Part shown: positions 11,813 to 23,787 of the stretch, piece by piece | Layout: every line of letters starts with the position of its first letter | Position numbering within the stretch: position 1 is the first letter of the stretch | From: Macrostomum lignano | Taxonomy: Eukaryota | Assembly (NCBI GenBank): GCA_002269645.1 | Contig: NIVC01000221.1 | Location: 62,001 to 126,000 of the forward strand | Length of the DNA: 64,000 bases | Direction: 5' to 3' | The notes under the pieces: generated by a model | Seen by the model: the letters and a program-made list of their open reading frames with translations, nothing else | The model's database searches: none | Told to the model about the DNA's origin: nothing | Program-made: the position numbers and the translations under genes

Positions 11813-14303
11813 GTAGTGACGCATTATAGAAGAAAGTTCCAGGTAACCGAGCTAACAGCATAACCAGTATTTGTGGCCTAGGGCAATTACTCCCTCAGGG
11901 AGTGAGCGAAAGCCGTGCCGTAGCCACTCTTAAATACGTCAGCCTGTGCGCTCAGTTGCCTCGCTGAAGTCATGAGCCCTCGCACCCGTGCCTTGCCTAT
12001 CCTTGCACTTGACAAACTGTACCCTGTTACAGTTAAACTTTGAGGGATTAAATGATAGGAGCTACAAAAACTGGCGTTCCAACAAAGCAGATATCCAACA
12101 CCTTCATCACACTCAAGCACCACTTCCGGTCGCTCTGTCTGGTACACCATAAGTATAGGATAGAGTATAGGGTACTACTTGCATACGTTAATTGGTGAAT
12201 GCTTACATATAGTTAGCGCATAGTCCCTGAGAACTGTTCGAAAGTAAATGACGAGCGTTGAATTCTCATACATTAATATAATGATTGACTGATTATTTTA
12301 TACTGCATGAGAACATGAGAACCATTATTTACTTGATTTCGAGGTCACAGAATCACATCATCAGAAATTATGGTACTATGTTTTGATAAAATGTTTAAAT
12401 TTGTGCTGGGATCGGTGATGTTACTACGAGTAGTGACAAACTTTCTGCTGCTAAAGTCGAAACATTAATTACTCATGGGCGACTATAGTAACATATATGC
12501 TATCTACCGGTATCCACCAGAGGCATAGACGGGGAGCAAGGAGGTTGCAGTCTCCAATAAGCTGAAAAGAAGCTTGGCATCCTTTTTTCGGATATTTTGG
12601 TACAGCACCACTGTTCTCAATTTTAGCATATACACAACAAATATTTGGCTTTCGATCTACCGCTGCTGATGCGTCTCTCGGTGTCGGCGCCCTTTGTTTT
12701 CAGCGCTCTTTGGCACCCCTGTTACGGGCGTCCCTGTTGTAGACGCCTCTAATACTGACACCCTAGCTCTGGCGCCCATGTTGTTGGCGCCTCTATTTAT
12801 GGCGCTGGCGCGAGTTCAGATTCTGAGTGACAAAAAGTAAAAAAAATAAAAAACGACGGGTTCAGAACTAAGAATCTACGAGCGTTACATTGCAGCCCTC
12901 ACTCTTTTCTGGCAAAATGCAACAAAGAACTGCGATTCTGAGTAGTATCTCGTTTTGGATCTAGAACCTACAACCAGACCTATGTAGAACCTACAACCAG
13001 ACCTATGTAGAACCTACAACCAGACATATGTAGAACCTACAACCAGACCTATGTAGAACCTACAACCAGACCTATGTAGAACCTACAACCAGACCTATGT
13101 AGAACCTACAACCAGACCTATGTAGAACCTACAACCAGACCTATGTAGAATCTACAACCAGACCTATGCAGAACCTACAACCAGACCTATGTAGAACCTA
13201 CAACCAGACCTATGTAGAACCTACAACAAGACCTATGTAGAACCTACAACCAGACCTATGTAGAACCTACAACCAGACCTATGTAGAACCTACAACCAGA
13301 CCTATGTAGAACCTACAACCAGACCTATGTAGAACCTACAACCAGACCTATGTAGAACCTACAACAAGACCTATGTAGAACCTACAACCAGATCTATGTA
13401 GAACCTACAACCAGACCTATGTAGAACCTACAACCAGATCTATGCAGAACCTACAACCAGACCTATGTAGAACCTACAACCAGACCTATGTAGAACCTAC
13501 AACCAGACCTATGTAGAACCTACAACCAGATCTATGTAGAACCTACAACCAGACCTATGTAGAACCTACAACCAGACCTATGTAGAACCTACAACCAGAC
13601 CTATGTAGAACCTACAACAAGACCTATGTAGAACCTACAACCAGACCTATGTAGAACCTACAACCAGACCTATGTAGAACCTACAACCAGACCTATGTAG
13701 AACCTACAACCAGACCTATGTAGAACCTACAACCAGACCTATGTAGAACCTACAACCAGACCTATGTAGAACCTACAACCAGACCTATGTAGAACCTACA
13801 ACAAGACCTATGTAGAACCTACAACCAGATCTATGTAGAACCTACAACCAGACCTATGTAGAACCTACAACCAGATCTATGCAGAACCTACAACCAGACC
13901 TATGTAGAACCTACAACCAGACCTATGTAGAACCTACAACCAGACCTATGTAGAACCTACAACCAGATCTATGCAGAACCTACATAACCTATGTAGAACC
14001 TACAACCAGACCTATGTAGAACCTAGAACCAGGTCTATGTAGAACCTACAACAAGACCTATGTAGAACCTACAACCAGACCTATGTAGAACCTACAACCA
14101 GACCTATGTAGAACCTACAACCAGATCTATGCAGAACCTACAACCAGACCTATGTAGAACCTACAACCAGATCTATGTAGAACCTACAACCAGACCTATG
14201 TAGAACCTACAACCAGACCTATGTAGAACCTACAACCAGATCTATGCAGAACCTACATAACCTATGTAGAACCTACAACCAGACCTATGTAGAACCTAGA
14301 ACC
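11806..14303 (+). repeat. Direct duplication, copy 1 (2,498 bp), immediately left of the LINE
   Basis: Starts cagcctggtagtgacg, ends agaacctagaacc. Matches 20085-22582 at constant offset 8279 wherever compared, including satellite variant order. Confidence 0.92.
12962..14303 (+). repeat. 23-bp satellite array (tagaacctacaaccagacctatg)n
   Basis: Direct tandem repeats with occasional variants. Confidence 0.97.
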
Positions 14304-14755
14304 CCGGGTCCTGCACGTAATGGCGTGGTGAACTATCTGTGCAGTATGAGACTGGTATGGCCTTTATCCCAGCCAGCGATGCTCACACCTGCCTCCCCTG
14401 GCGGGCTGATAGCTCAAGAGACTCTGTCTCCTGATTTTCACCTTGCAAGGCGCACTTCGAAGGGTACTCGTCCCGTGGGTGTTAAGGCAGGCCCCCTTGG
14501 GCCCTGCCGAGCTGATTCGTTGGCGCCGGGTCCTGGTGTGACCATAAACGCACCCTCTAATGTCCCAGTGTAACTCCGTGCTGATGGACGCTTGGCCAGG
14601 GAGTAGTCTGGTCGCTAACGGTTCCCCTTGCGCTTTTGGGTCCCCCCGCAGGGTGGTATTTTGCTTTTTGGGGGCCTGCCGCTTGGTTTGGGGTTGCGGC
14701 CTTGCGGCTCTTTGCCTGTTTTCTGCAGGAAGTCCCACCTTTTTACTTCCAGCCA

Positions 14756-16276
14756 ATGGCTTCTAACCGAAGTAACAAACCGGCTGTGGATGACACAGTG
14801 CCTCCGGCCTCGGCTGGGGCCGTGGACTCCTCGGCCATACCACCTGCTACCATCGGGGACGCCTCGGCGAGACCCGTGGAGCCAACTCTGAGCGGTGCCT
14901 CCGAGAAGACACCTGCTACTCCAGCTGCTAAGAAACGCAGCACCACCTCTGGAGCTGCCCGCCGTCGACTTAACAAGGCGAGGCGGGCCAAGGAGGGCGG
15001 AAGCCAAACCGGTGCCAGGGGCCAACGGCCCGCGGCAGCGGAAGCTTCCCAGTCTGGGGCGGTGGCGGAAGAGGGCCTCGAGCCCACGGAAGCCCCTGCC
15101 CAGGATAGGGAGGCCGATGCAGCCGGGAGGGTGGACAGCCCACCTGAAGAAAGCTCCACTGACCCCCGGGCCTCCTACGCTGATGCGGCAAAGAGGCAAC
15201 CGGCGGTTGTCATCCTGGGAAAGGACGCGCGCCTGTCTCCCGATCAGCTGAAGCAGGTGAGAAGTGCCGTTGATGGCCTCCTGTGGAAGCAAACTCTGAA
15301 GGGCACGCCTCTGAACATTCATTCGAATGCGACGAGGGACTCGTGCCTTCTCATTTGGCCCAGTGATGCTGACTCGGGTCGGCGGCTCCTTGAGCTGCTG
15401 CCCGAGCAGAGCTGGGACCTCAACCTAGCCTTCTGCAGAGAGGACGAGCGCCCCCGGACCAAGAGGCATCGAATCTGGGTCCCGGCCAGGAGCGTTGTTA
15501 CCTCTGCTGACGAGCTCCGGAAAGGACTGCTAGCAGTCAACCGGGAGCTTCCCGCCGCGGGCCTAGTGGTGCATGACACCCTTAAGCGCACCGACGGCAC
15601 TGGCTTCACAGCCATCCTGGGGCTGTCGGACGCCTGGATGAGGCGTTATCCACACGGCAGCTTCATCAACGTCGGCCTTTGGAAGCTGCGCATCCGCTCC
15701 TACGAGGCCGACCCTCCCCGTGGCAGTGAGCAGGGCGGGCGGGATGCGGAGGCGGCCGGGGCCGAGGCGCAAGCCTCTGCTCAGACTGCCAAAGCAAACC
15801 GCCCTGCCCGGCAGCACGGCCGCGCGGGCAAAGCTGAGCGCGCTGCTGAGGGCGGAGGCGACCGACGCCCGGCGCGTAGCACCAAGCGGCGCGGCCTGTA
15901 CCAGCGTGCAGCTGAGGCAGTCCGTACCGCCAAAATCTCCCAGCTGAGGCGAGAGGTCGCCGGGACGCCTAGGCGCACCAGTTCGTCCAGGGAGGGTGGG
16001 GACGTCCCAGCTGGGCCCAACCCCTCGGGGCAGGGCCGACTGGAGACGGACCCGCCTGCCCAGGCGGCTGGCTGCTCCAGGGCATTGGGCCAATCTGAGG
16101 CGGAGGACCCCATGGATGGTGGGCAAAGGGCGGCGAACGCTGCCTACTGCCTTCCGGCCAATCGGGGGCCTTTTGCTGAAGAAGAGCCCATGGACACCGG
16201 CGACCCCGACCTGAAGCCGGTGAGCGCCGAGGAGGAGGAGGAACTCCTGGCGGCTGCAAAATCCGATCTGCAATGA
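14756..16276 (+). CDS. LINE ORF1 (gag-like/nucleic-acid-binding protein), about 506 aa
   Basis: First ATG in the 14636-16276 open frame. Basic/low-complexity termini around a folded core. Stop overlaps the ORF2 start (ATGA). No CCHC knuckle seen. Confidence 0.75.
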   Translation: MASNRSNKPAVDDTVPPASAGAVDSSAIPPATIGDASARPVEPTLSGASEKTPATPAAKKRSTTSGAARRRLNKARRAKEGGSQTGARGQRPAAAEASQSGAVAEEGLEPTEAPAQDREADAAGRVDSPPEESSTDPRASYADAAKRQPAVVILGKDARLSPDQLKQVRSAVDGLLWKQTLKGTPLNIHSNATRDSCLLIWPSDADSGRRLLELLPEQSWDLNLAFCREDERPRTKRHRIWVPARSVVTSADELRKGLLAVNRELPAAGLVVHDTLKRTDGTGFTAILGLSDAWMRRYPHGSFINVGLWKLRIRSYEADPPRGSEQGGRDAEAAGAEAQASAQTAKANRPARQHGRAGKAERAAEGGGDRRPARSTKRRGLYQRAAEAVRTAKISQLRREVAGTPRRTSSSREGGDVPAGPNPSGQGRLETDPPAQAAGCSRALGQSEAEDPMDGGQRAANAAYCLPANRGPFAEEEPMDTGDPDLKPVSAEEEEELLAAAKSDLQ

Positions 16277-19200
16277 TGCCAACGACTACCTGGTGTCTGC
16301 AGATCAACACCCAGCACTGCGTGGCGGCGTCGGTCAACCTGATGCGCACGGCAGAGCAACAGCTTCCGGGCCTGGTCTTCGTACAGGAGCCCTGGATGAC
16401 TAAAGGTAAGCCAAATAATGTGCCATCTGGCTACCACTGTTTTTGCATGGCGGGCTCTCAGCCTCGCCCAAGATCTCTGGTCTTTGCTGCAAAAGCTTTT
16501 GAGGCATGGATGAGACCTGATCTCTCGACTGGGGACATCTGTGTTGTTCAAATCAATAACCTCATTCCCAATAAACCTGTGCTGGTAGCTTCTGCCTATT
16601 TCCCGGGCGATGCCCCAGTTGTCTGCGACGCGTTAGTCAACCTTACTGACTATGCTGCGTCCCATCGGTTCGAGCTGCTCATTGCAGGGGATGTGAACGC
16701 ACACCACCTGCATTGGGGCAGCAAGAACATCAATAGCAGAGGCGAGGAGCTGCTGGCCTATGTCAGCAGCACTAACCTCAACTTCTGTAACGTGGGCAAT
16801 GCACCAACGTTCAATAATGGGCGGTGGGCCGAAGTCATCGACACCACCATCGCCTCACCCGGACTGCTTTCCGCAGTTACGGGCTGGCGAGTGTGGGACG
16901 AGGACTCGCTCTCGGACCACCGCTTTATCCGCTTTTGCATTGGGCCGACCAAGCAAAAGCCTAAGGTCACTTGGAGTCGGAACGTCAGAAACACCGATTG
17001 GGCCGCCTTTGGCTCGAAGCTGAGCCGCGGCCTTCGGGATCTTGACCCCCCAGTGACCTCTCTGACTGCCAGGTGGTGGACGATCTCGCCTCCTCCCTGG
17101 GCGGGGCGATCACCACTGCCTTTGAAGCAGCCTGCCCCCTAAAGGCCTATAAAGGCAAGAAATCTGCTCCCTGGTGGAACCCAGAGCTCGGGGCCCTTCG
17201 GCGCCGAGCCAGGACCCTCCAAAGGCGAGCGCTCAAAACCAAAGACCCATCTGACAGAGAGGCCTATACCCGTGCGATCCACGAGTTTAAGGGCCAAGTC
17301 AGAAGGGCCAAGACGGCCAAGTGGCGCCAATATTGCGAAGGGCTTGAGGGCTCTCGCCCCGTAGCCCGCGTGGTTAAGGCACTCACTAATGACCGTTTTT
17401 CTAAACTCTCTGTTGTGAAGAGACCTGACGGCTCGGTCACAGAGAGTTCGGAAGAGACTCTAGAGCTCATGCTCAACAGTTTTTTCCCTAAATCTCCGAC
17501 TCAGCAGGGCCCGCCCGACCACACAGTGGGAGGGCAAGGCCTAGCAAAGTCTATGATCACCAAAGACCGCATTATTAGAGCGGCAAGGTCCTTTAACCCG
17601 TTCAAGGCGCCTGGGCCCGACGGCATCTACCCAGCGTTCTTGCACGAGGCGGTGAAAAACCACCGCTTCCTGGACCTGCTCTGTCGTCTCCTTCGAGCTT
17701 GTATGGAGCTGGGCTATGTACCAGTTGCATGGAGAGAGGCCCGGGTGGTCTTTATCCCCAAGCCTGGAAAGAGCGACTACCAATCGGTGAAGGCCTTCAG
17801 GCCTATCAGCCTCACTTCTTTCTGCCTCAAGCTCCTCGAGAGACTGGTGCTTTGGCGCCTACTTTCGGTCGAGCTGAAGCGCTTCCCACTCTCGCAGAAC
17901 CAGCACGCCTTCCGCGCGGGCAGGTCAACCGAGAGTGCTCTCCATGTCATTGTTGACTTCCTGGAGAGGGCCGTTCTTGGCAGCGGCTTTGCCCTCTCGC
18001 TTTTCCTGGACATTGAGGGGGCCTTCGACAACGTCATCTTCGAGGCCTTTTGCAGAGCCCTGGAATCCAGGGCCACGCACCCTCACCTTGTCCGGTGGAT
18101 CATGTTCATGATCCGAAACCGCACTGTTGTGGCCCACCTGAGCGGCAGCTCTCTTTCGGTGCCTGTCCTGAAAGGGGGCCCCCAGGGCGGCGTTCTCACC
18201 CCCGTTCTCTGGAACATGGTCATGGATGAGTTGCTTTGCAGTGATCTCCACGACCCCATTCTCAAGGTGGGCTATGCCGATGATGTGACCGCGATATGCG
18301 CGGGCCCCTCGGTTGATACCATCAGAGACCTTCTGCAGGGCTTTCTGGGACGAGCGGAGCGTTGGGCAGACCAATGTGGCCTTAGACTCTCAGAGTCGAA
18401 AACCACAGCAGTCATGTTTACCAACAAACTGCTCTGGACCATTAAGCCCCTCACCCTCTATGGAAAGAATATTTCCATGGAGAAGCAGGTCCGCTGCCTG
18501 GGCCTCACTCTGGACCACAGGCTTAACTGGACTCCGCACATTCAAACTAAAGCCAAAAAAGCCCTGGCTGTACTGGCTCAGATCAGGCGCGCCGTGGGCA
18601 CCACCTGGGGGCTCACCCCCAGGAAGCTGTGGTGGATTTACACTGCCATCATCCGCCCCTCGATCAGTTACGCCAGCCTCGTGTGGGCTAGCGGCCTGAG
18701 CGTCAAGAGCAACCTCGACGCTCTCTACAAAATCCAGGGCAGAGCCTGCCGCATGACTATGGGCGCTCCACCCTCTACTCCTTTTGAAGGCATGAATGCC
18801 TTCCTCTGCGCCCCTCCTTTGGATATTTATATCAAAGGAGAGGCGGCGAAGAGCACCCGGCGTCTTCTGGATGCTGGGGTGGCCTTCAAGAAAGTGCGGG
18901 CCTTTAAGAAGCGGTCGCTTATCCCGCACTCTGACCTCTGCCTCAAGGCTCTCGAGGAGTGTGGCGGGCTCAACATCCTCACGGACTCGATCCCAGCCAC
19001 CCTTCTCCTGAGCCAAAGGTATAAGGTCACCATTCAGCCTCGACACGAGGCGAGTGACAGCTGGAGCGACTCTGAAGTCCACTGTTACACTGACGGCTCT
19101 ATGAGGCATGGTCTTTCAGGCTTCGGAGCTTGCGTCTTCTTCAAGGGAGAAGTGGTGTGGAGCTACTCCCAGCACACTGGGCTCAACTCCAGTGTTTTTC

Positions 19201-19976
19201 AGAGCGAGGTGCTTGCCATCAGCTCCTGCGCGGCAGAGCTGCGCCGAAGGCAGCTTAGCGGCCGGAAATTTATTTTTCACTCTGACAGCCAAGCAGCCCT
19301 TCGGGCCCTCTGCCGCAGCACCGCCAGCTCCAGGTCCGTCCTGGACTGCAACACCCAGCTCAACGGGCTTGCGCTAGGCAACCAGGTGGAGCTCAGATGG
19401 ATCCCGGGCCACGCCGGCTTCCTCGGCAACGAGCGCGCTGACCTGCTGGCCAAGGCTGGCTCCGCCGGCGCGCTATTGGGGCCGGGCCCGGGTGCCCCCA
19501 TCCCCGCCTCGGTGATCAATTCCCGCGTTAAGCGCTGGGCTGACTCCGAGCATCTCCGCAGGTGGCACGACACCCGGAATTGTAGGCAATCCCGTGCTGC
19601 CGTCCCCTGTCCCTCTCCTCTCCTGCGTAGAGCCCTCCTCAGGCTCAACCGCAGAGACCTCAGAGCAGTTAGCATGGCCCTCTCCGGGCATGGCTGCTTC
19701 TCTCGCCACCGCTTCCTTCAGGGCCAAGTACCCGAGGAGCGGTGCCCCTTCTGCCGCTCAGGCAGTGAAAACGCCGAGCATTTTATCTGCCACTGCCCGG
19801 TTTTCACCAGGGCCAGGCTTACTCACCTCGGGCCAAACCCGGTTCTCTCCGACGTTTGCAGGCCCGAGAGCATCCCACTGCTCGCCCGGTACCTCAGGGA
19901 CACCGGACGAGCTGATTTCTTCCCCACCGTCGGTGAGGAGGACCGCGCTGCAGGCGAGACCGACGGGTCCCCCTGA
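16273..19976 (+). CDS. LINE ORF2 (APE-RT-RNase H-CCHC), split by one frameshift near 17065-17075
   Basis: 16273-17142 encodes APE (LQIN, VQEPW, GDVNAHH, PTF, IDTT, SDHRFI). 17073-19976 continues with EAACPLK...WW, RT, RNase H and the zinc finger in another frame. Confidence 0.87.
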
Positions 19977-20084
19977 GCGACACCACTTCAACGGAAGTCG
20001 TTGGTCGCCAGGGGCTAGCGGAATGGGCGGTCTCCTCCGCCTCCTCGCTGCATCCGCCGGACGCCCCCTGCAGCTAAGTCAAGT

Positions 20085-22582
20085 CAGCCTGGTAGTGACG
20101 CATTATAGAAGAAAGTTCCAGGTAACCGAGCTAACAGCATAACCAGTATTTGTGGCCTAGGGCAATTACTCCCTCAGGGAGTGAGCGAAAGCCGTGCCGT
20201 AGCCACTCTTAAATACGTCAGCCTGTGCGCTCAGTTGCCTCGCTGAAGTCATGAGCCCTCGCACCCGTGCCTTGCCTATCCTTGCACTTGACAAACTGTA
20301 CCCTGTTACAGTTAAACTTTGAGGGATTAAATGATAGGAGCTACAAAAACTGGCGTTCCAACAAAGCAGATATCCAACACCTTCATCACACTCAAGCACC
20401 ACTTCCGGTCGCTCTGTCTGGTACACCATAAGTATAGGATAGAGTATAGGGTACTACTTGCATACGTTAATTGGTGAATGCTTACATATAGTTAGCGCAT
20501 AGTCCCTGAGAACTGTTCGAAAGTAAATGACGAGCGTTGAATTCTCATACATTAATATAATGATTGACTGATTATTTTATACTGCATGAGAACATGAGAA
20601 CCATTATTTACTTGATTTCGAGGTCACAGAATCACATCATCAGAAATTATGGTACTATGTTTTGATAAAATGTTTAAATTTGTGCTGGGATCGGTGATGT
20701 TACTACGAGTAGTGACAAACTTTCTGCTGCTAAAGTCGAAACATTAATTACTCATGGGCGACTATAGTAACATATATGCTATCTACCGGTATCCACCAGA
20801 GGCATAGACGGGGAGCAAGGAGGTTGCAGTCTCCAATAAGCTGAAAAGAAGCTTGGCATCCTTTTTTCGGATATTTTGGTACAGCACCACTGTTCTCAAT
20901 TTTAGCATATACACAACAAATATTTGGCTTTCGATCTACCGCTGCTGATGCGTCTCTCGGTGTCGGCGCCCTTTGTTTTCAGCGCTCTTTGGCACCCCTG
21001 TTACGGGCGTCCCTGTTGTAGACGCCTCTAATACTGACACCCTAGCTCTGGCGCCCATGTTGTTGGCGCCTCTATTTATGGCGCTGGCGCGAGTTCAGAT
21101 TCTGAGTGACAAAAAGTAAAAAAAATAAAAAACGACGGGTTCAGAACTAAGAATCTACGAGCGTTACATTGCAGCCCTCACTCTTTTCTGGCAAAATGCA
21201 ACAAAGAACTGCGATTCTGAGTAGTATCTCGTTTTGGATCTAGAACCTACAACCAGACCTATGTAGAACCTACAACCAGACCTATGTAGAACCTACAACC
21301 AGACATATGTAGAACCTACAACCAGACCTATGTAGAACCTACAACCAGACCTATGTAGAACCTACAACCAGACCTATGTAGAACCTACAACCAGACCTAT
21401 GTAGAACCTACAACCAGACCTATGTAGAATCTACAACCAGACCTATGCAGAACCTACAACCAGACCTATGTAGAACCTACAACCAGACCTATGTAGAACC
21501 TACAACAAGACCTATGTAGAACCTACAACCAGACCTATGTAGAACCTACAACCAGACCTATGTAGAACCTACAACCAGACCTATGTAGAACCTACAACCA
21601 GACCTATGTAGAACCTACAACCAGACCTATGTAGAACCTACAACAAGACCTATGTAGAACCTACAACCAGATCTATGTAGAACCTACAACCAGACCTATG
21701 TAGAACCTACAACCAGATCTATGCAGAACCTACAACCAGACCTATGTAGAACCTACAACCAGACCTATGTAGAACCTACAACCAGACCTATGTAGAACCT
21801 ACAACCAGATCTATGTAGAACCTACAACCAGACCTATGTAGAACCTACAACCAGACCTATGTAGAACCTACAACCAGACCTATGTAGAACCTACAACAAG
21901 ACCTATGTAGAACCTACAACCAGACCTATGTAGAACCTACAACCAGACCTATGTAGAACCTACAACCAGACCTATGTAGAACCTACAACCAGACCTATGT
22001 AGAACCTACAACCAGACCTATGTAGAACCTACAACCAGACCTATGTAGAACCTACAACCAGACCTATGTAGAACCTACAACAAGACCTATGTAGAACCTA
22101 CAACCAGATCTATGTAGAACCTACAACCAGACCTATGTAGAACCTACAACCAGATCTATGCAGAACCTACAACCAGACCTATGTAGAACCTACAACCAGA
22201 CCTATGTAGAACCTACAACCAGACCTATGTAGAACCTACAACCAGATCTATGCAGAACCTACATAACCTATGTAGAACCTACAACCAGACCTATGTAGAA
22301 CCTAGAACCAGGTCTATGTAGAACCTACAACAAGACCTATGTAGAACCTACAACCAGACCTATGTAGAACCTACAACCAGACCTATGTAGAACCTACAAC
22401 CAGATCTATGCAGAACCTACAACCAGACCTATGTAGAACCTACAACCAGATCTATGTAGAACCTACAACCAGACCTATGTAGAACCTACAACCAGACCTA
22501 TGTAGAACCTACAACCAGATCTATGCAGAACCTACATAACCTATGTAGAACCTACAACCAGACCTATGTAGAACCTAGAACC
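20085..22582 (+). repeat. Direct duplication, copy 2 (2,498 bp), immediately right of the LINE
   Basis: Begins at the last base of the LINE tail (aagtc|agcctgg) and continues into further satellite. Confidence 0.92.
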
Positions 22583-23787
22583 AGGTCTATGTAGAACCTA
22601 CAACAAGACCTATGTAGAACCTACAACCAGACCTATGTAGAACCTACAACCAGACCTATGCAGAACCTACATAACCTATGTAGACCCTACAACCAGACCT
22701 ATGTAGAACCTACAACCAGATCTATGTAGAACCTGCAACCAGACCTATGTAGAACCTACAACCAGACCTATGTAGAACCTACAACCAGACCTATGTAGAA
22801 CCTACAACCAGATCTATGCAGAACCTACATAACCTATGTAGAACCTACAACCAGACCTATGTAGAACCTAGAACCAGGTCTATGTAGAACCTACAACAAG
22901 ACCTATGTAGAACCTACAACCAGACCTATGTAGAACCTACAACCAGACCTATGTAGAACCTACAACCAGACCTATGTAGAACCTACAACCAGACCTATGT
23001 AGAACCTACAACCAGACCTATGTAGAACCTACAACAAGACCTATGTAGAACCTACAACCAGATCTATGTAGAACCTACAACCAGACCTATGTAGAACCTA
23101 CAACCAGATCTATGCAGAACCTACAACCAGACCTATGTAGAACCTACAACCAGACCTATGTAGAACCTACAACCAGACCTATGTAGAACCTACAACCAGA
23201 TCTATGCAGAACCTACATAACCTATGTAGAACCTACAACCAGACCTATGTAGAACCTAGAACCAGGTCTATGTAGAACCTACAACAAGACCTATGTAGAA
23301 CCTACAACCAGACCTATGTAGAACCTACAACCAGACCTATGTAGAACCTACAACCAGATCTATGCAGAACCTACAACCAGACCTATGTAGAACCTACAAC
23401 CAGACCTATGTAGAACCTACAACCAGACCTATGCAGAACCTACAACCAGACCTATGTAGAACCTACAACCAGATCTATGCAGAACCTACATAACCTATGT
23501 AGAACCTACAACCAGACCTATGTAGAACCTAGAACCAGGTCTATGTAGAACCTACAACAAGACCTATGTAGAACCTACAACCAGACCTATGTAGAACCTA
23601 CAACCAGACCTATGCAGAACCTACATAACCTATGTAGACCCTACAACCAGACCTATGTAGAACCTACAACCAGATCTATGTAGAACCTGCAACCAGACCT
23701 ATGTAGAACCTACAACCAGATCTATGTAGAACCTACAACCAGATTTATGTAGAACCTACAACCAGATCTATGTAGAAACTACAACCA
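21241..23787 (+). repeat. 23-bp satellite array (tagaacctacaaccagacctatg)n with higher-order variant blocks
   Basis: Same unit as 12962-14303; interrupted at the right by the LTR-like insert. Confidence 0.97.

Larger units (their letters stand above)
14304..20085 (+). mobile_element. Full-length non-LTR retrotransposon, LOA-like (R1/I group) with RNase H
   Basis: About 450-nt 5' UTR, ORF1, ORF2 with APE endonuclease, RT (QGGVLTP, YADD), RNase H (YTDGS, SDSQAAL, WIPGHAGFLGNERAD) and CCHC finger (CPFCRSGSENAEHFICHC). 3' tail taagtcaagtca. Clade call is by motif resemblance. Confidence 0.9.

Noticed and set aside
14304-14755. HDV-like ribozyme in the LINE 5' UTR (expected for some LOA/R2/RTE elements)
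   Set aside because: Several hairpins are present, but I could not assemble P1/P1.1/P2/P3/P4 with a G at the cleavage site and a catalytic C in J4/2. Needs an RNAmotif/Infernal search; not supported by eye.
14364-19991. Numerous overlapping and antisense ORFs within the LINE
   Set aside because: Expected shadows of GC-rich coding sequence; no recognisable motifs.
12962-23787. Regular 23-bp arrays as a CRISPR-like locus
   Set aside because: Contiguous tandem monomers with no unique spacers, no cas genes, and a eukaryotic context.
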